Below the pieces are notes generated by a model that had not been told where the DNA came from, did not search any database, and worked only from the letters and a program-made list of their open reading frames with translations. A stretch of DNA of 61,983 nt, counting the filler, from Hausera hauseri (lineage: Eukaryota): assembly GCA_046269625.1 (NCBI GenBank). It is 13 parts of 13 records of this genome, joined end to end, with 100 filler letters (N's around TTAATTAATTAA, not from the genome) between each part and the next. Parts side by side here need not be neighbours in the genome. Positions count along the whole stretch, not along the records: positions 57,164 to 61,983 come from JBJURY010424698.1; 12 more parts are not named here. One strand, 5' to 3'. The translations under genes and the position numbers were made by a program. Below, one piece after another: positions 58,832 through 61,983 of the stretch (position 1 is its first letter; the number at the start of each line of letters is the position of its first letter).

Positions 58832-60985
58832 TTGAAACGCGCAGCCGCATCACGAGCAGCAGCATCATGCGCAGCCACATCAGGCGCGGCCATATCAGAT
58901 GCACCGGATCCATCAAAAAGCCAAAAACAGCGGCCAGTTGATGTGGCAGCATTAAAGAAAAAATGCCGCAAATATGCCATTGAGCCAACTGGTCGAAGAA
59001 CCCTCCAAGATTTCCTCTTATACACAAAGGACGAGACAGAGGGTATTCTTCAGGATAACATGGCTGAGCTTAAAGCCCTTAAGGTAAATGTGAAACTGGA
59101 GGCCACATACATCAATGTTGATGGCGAAGAATCCAATAGGGCCTTCAAGACCAATAAATAGACCTATATTGGAAACACCAATATAGAAGAATAGATGCAA
59201 GAGGCGCACGAGAAGCTGATCCGTGAAGGCGGGGAGAGCCAGGATAAAAATAGCGGATAGACTCTGGCAACCATCAAGAGATTGATGGTGTACGTCCACA
59301 AGTACTCTCCCATGCAGGTCAGTTCATATTTTCAGCTCCCTGATTGGATAGCTAATAAAAAGTCATGTGTCAATGTCCATAATAACGACAAAATGTGTTT
59401 CATGTATGCCATTCCATCAAAACTCGTAACGGATCAAAATCATCCTTCACGACTTTAGCTATATAAGGATGTGAAGCACAACTATAACTTTCAATGTGTC
59501 TAGGTCACTCCATCCAAGATGAAGTTAGAAAATTTGGAGAAGTAAACATGCCTATCAATATCTTGGGATTGGACGAGGATGGTAAATTCTATCCCCTGCA
59601 GATATGCAATGCTGAATTGGAAGATCATAGGGATCTGCTCCTACTAAACAATGGAGAAAAGAAACATTATGTTTGGATCAAAGACTTTGAGCGACTAGTC
59701 AGAAGACAAATGACGAAACATCATGGACAAATAGAAATATGTAAACGATGGTTGTCCAATTTCAGTGGCAAGTTAGCTGTAAAGAAGCTGAAGGAGCACA
59801 AGATGTACTGCTACAACAATTATTGCATCAGGCCAGATTTTTCCCACGAGGACTACATTGAATTCAAGGAGTTCGAAAAGAAGAGCAAGGTCCCAATAGT
59901 TATCTATTGCGACTTTAAAGTGATCCTGCGCGAAGTTTATAGTTGCAGTCCTAATCCCCAACAAAGCAGCACAAAGGCATACCAATATCATGTGCTCTCA
60001 TTATATTGCATGCATGCCAAAGAACTGGACAGTGAACCATATCTATTGAGGGGTCCAGGCCCAGCAGCTCATTTCATGAAGCGACTTGAAGATATGGCAC
60101 ATAGGATTGGAGACATACAGCAGCAACTTAAGGATACAATGAGTATGTTGAAGCAGCAAGAAGAAGAATGGCGCAAGGCAACAGCACGTTACTTGTGCTC
60201 CAAATCATTTACTAAGGATAATTATAAAGTCATGGATCATTGGCATTTTACAGGCAAATATCGAGCGCGGAATGCAACAACTGCGATCTACGCTGCAAAA
60301 CATGTACATATGTGCCTGTAATGTTCCATAATCTCAGTGGCTATGATTCCCATTTCACTGTTCGGGAACTGGGCGGCATTGAAGGAAACATTGATGTGAT
60401 CTCCAACAGTAAGGAAAAATATATCACCTTTACCAAGCATGTTGGGAAAATCAGGCTTCGCTTCATATACAGTTTCCGTTTTATATCGTCTTCACTTGAA
60501 AGTTTAGTGAAGAACCTCGCTGCAGAAGAAATCAAGGAGACGAAGCGGTTTTTTGCCACTGCATTTGACCTAGTCAAAAGGAAATGCGTGTTTCCGTATG
60601 ATTATATAGCATCATGGGAAACACTGGATGAGACCTCATTGTCGGTCAAGAAGGATTTTTGTGATATCAGTGATATGGATAACCAGCATGCTTAAAATGT
60701 CTGGCATGCATTCCAATGCCGAACCTTAGGATAATACAGCGATATATACCTAAAGACGGACGTGCTGCTTCTGACGGATGTCTTTGAGAGTTTCAGGTAT
60801 GTTACAATAAAGAGCCATGCATTGGATCCGGCTCATTTCTTTACGGCTCCAGGGATGAGTTGGGAAGCTATGCTGAGATATACAAATGTCAGGCCGCAGA
60901 TCATAAAGGATTACGACATGATCCTCATGATTGAGAGAGGCATTAGAAGCGGAATATGCCAGGCTATCCACCGGTGTAGTGAGTG
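58832..60985 (+). pseudogene. Polinton/Maverick-type pPolB (N-terminal region, endonuclease-VII-like Zn segment, exonuclease domain), decayed
   Basis: KVNVKLEATY..FKTN; SSYFQLPDWIANKKSCVNV.NND..CF.YAI; LLLL....KHYVWIKDFERL; VPIVIYCDF; KVMDHWHFTGKYR; CNNCDL; VMFHNLSGYDSHF; KCVFPYDY; DVLLLTDVFE. Confidence 0.9.
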
Positions 60986-61108
60986 AGTATAGAAATATCG
61001 TGTTGTCTTCTTGACCAAGTAATGTGGGATATGGGATAAGACCAAGTAAAACTCATGCGGAACTCCAAAATAATCATTGAAGCCAATCTTCTGGGCTAAA
61101 GTCACCCT

Positions 61109-61983
61109 TTAAACCCCTTTAACCCGATTCTTTACTTGGCCACATATACCAATGGCATACATTTTGGACCTAAGAGCTACAAATCTCGAGATGATTGCTC
61201 CATTCACCTCGTCTTTGAATTTCCCAAGGAACTCTTTGTTAAATATTGAATAGTTGGGATGTTCCTTCGGATAATCCGAGGCATCCATGTGATGTACCAA
61301 TTGGATAAAGTCCTTATAAATATCATCTTTATGGATCTGATAGATGAAACTATCAGTATCCATACACATCAGTTGCATGGACTTAAACTTGGGGACCATG
61401 ATGTAATACTGGAATTTGTACATCACGGTCTTTGACAGGTCCAGTATTGCCATATTCACATATATGAGCTTCTTGAATTGCAAGGATGTTTCCAGAATAT
61501 GGATGCTGACCAAGTTCTCTGCATATATGATGCAACTGTGGAAATTGGGCTTGGAAATGAACTTCTTTGACCGCTTTCACTTAGAGACCAGTTTGATGTT
61601 GATCCTGTTGAGGATATTTTCCATGGTCTTGCCCAAAACGCTGTTGTTATACAGCTTGAATTGATCCTTCTCAAAGTCGTTCTTGGCATTGGTCTGCAGC
61701 TTGGCATTGAGATCTATGTATGGCTAAAGCCACATTGACTGGCTGAACTGCAGGGCCCGATGGATCTTAATAACGCGGAATTCATTTCTGACCGCTTGGT
61801 AGAGATTTACGTACACAATCAATCTCTTGATGGTTGCCAGAGTCTATCCGCTATTTTTATCCTGACTCTCCCCGCCTTCACGGATCAGCTTCTCGTGCGC
61901 CTCTTGCATCCATTCTGCTATATTGGTGTTTCCAATATGGGTCTATTTATTGGTCTTGAAGGCCCTATTGGATTCTTCGCCAT
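61109..61983 (-). pseudogene. Second, inverted pPolB copy with a large internal deletion (N-terminal piece joined to the polymerase palm)
   Basis: 61821-61983 is the reverse complement of about 59121-59283. It is followed by KDQFKLYNNSVLGKTMEN, AILDLSKTVMY, CMDTDSF, LGKFKDE, LRSKMYA, VKGV. Confidence 0.88.

Noticed and set aside
1-61983. Prokaryotic operon or defence-island interpretation
   Set aside because: All recognisable genes are eukaryotic or eukaryotic mobile elements, and the contigs are unlinked, so gene neighbourhood across spacers is meaningless.

Overview
The window is not one locus. It is 13 unrelated 4-6.5 kb contigs joined by artificial 100-bp spacers (N44-TTAATTAATTAA-N44). 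The source is an AT-rich metazoan genome: vasa, FOXRED2, PKD1-like and CCDC40 fragments point to a ciliated animal, and a flatworm is plausible but unproven. Most of the sequence is decayed mobile DNA: several Ty3/Gypsy LTR lineages, an RTE-clade LINE, a CR1/L2-like LINE fragment, Polinton/Maverick-type protein-primed DNA polymerase B pseudogenes, and satellites. The main signal is an enveloped Gypsy-like retroelement family pieced together from four contigs (4296-8790, 18041-22966, 23067-27205, 36344-41426). Its inferred order is LTR - PBS(elongator tRNA-Met) - CUG-initiated Gag/CCHC - AT-hook - ubiquitin-like domain - internal signal peptide - chuvirus-type class III fusion glycoprotein - TM - protease - RT - RNase H - integrase ... 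catalytically dead DEDDh (REX4/ISG20-like) exonuclease - PPT - LTR. Env therefore lies between gag and pol, apparently in one reading frame. No single contig shows the whole order. A second Gypsy lineage independently carries a ubiquitin-like domain ending in RLEGG immediately before its capsid. Its long LTRs, and those of similar Gypsy elements here, start with a hairpin and contain variable, ORF-bearing U3 regions. Other points are an intact 4-kb intronless FOXRED2::PKD/REJ chimeric ORF, an intronless vasa pseudogene within a chain of co-oriented gene fragments, and a CCA-tailed tRNA-iMet fragment with a mismatch at A58. All family assignments are from motif recognition by eye, without database searches.
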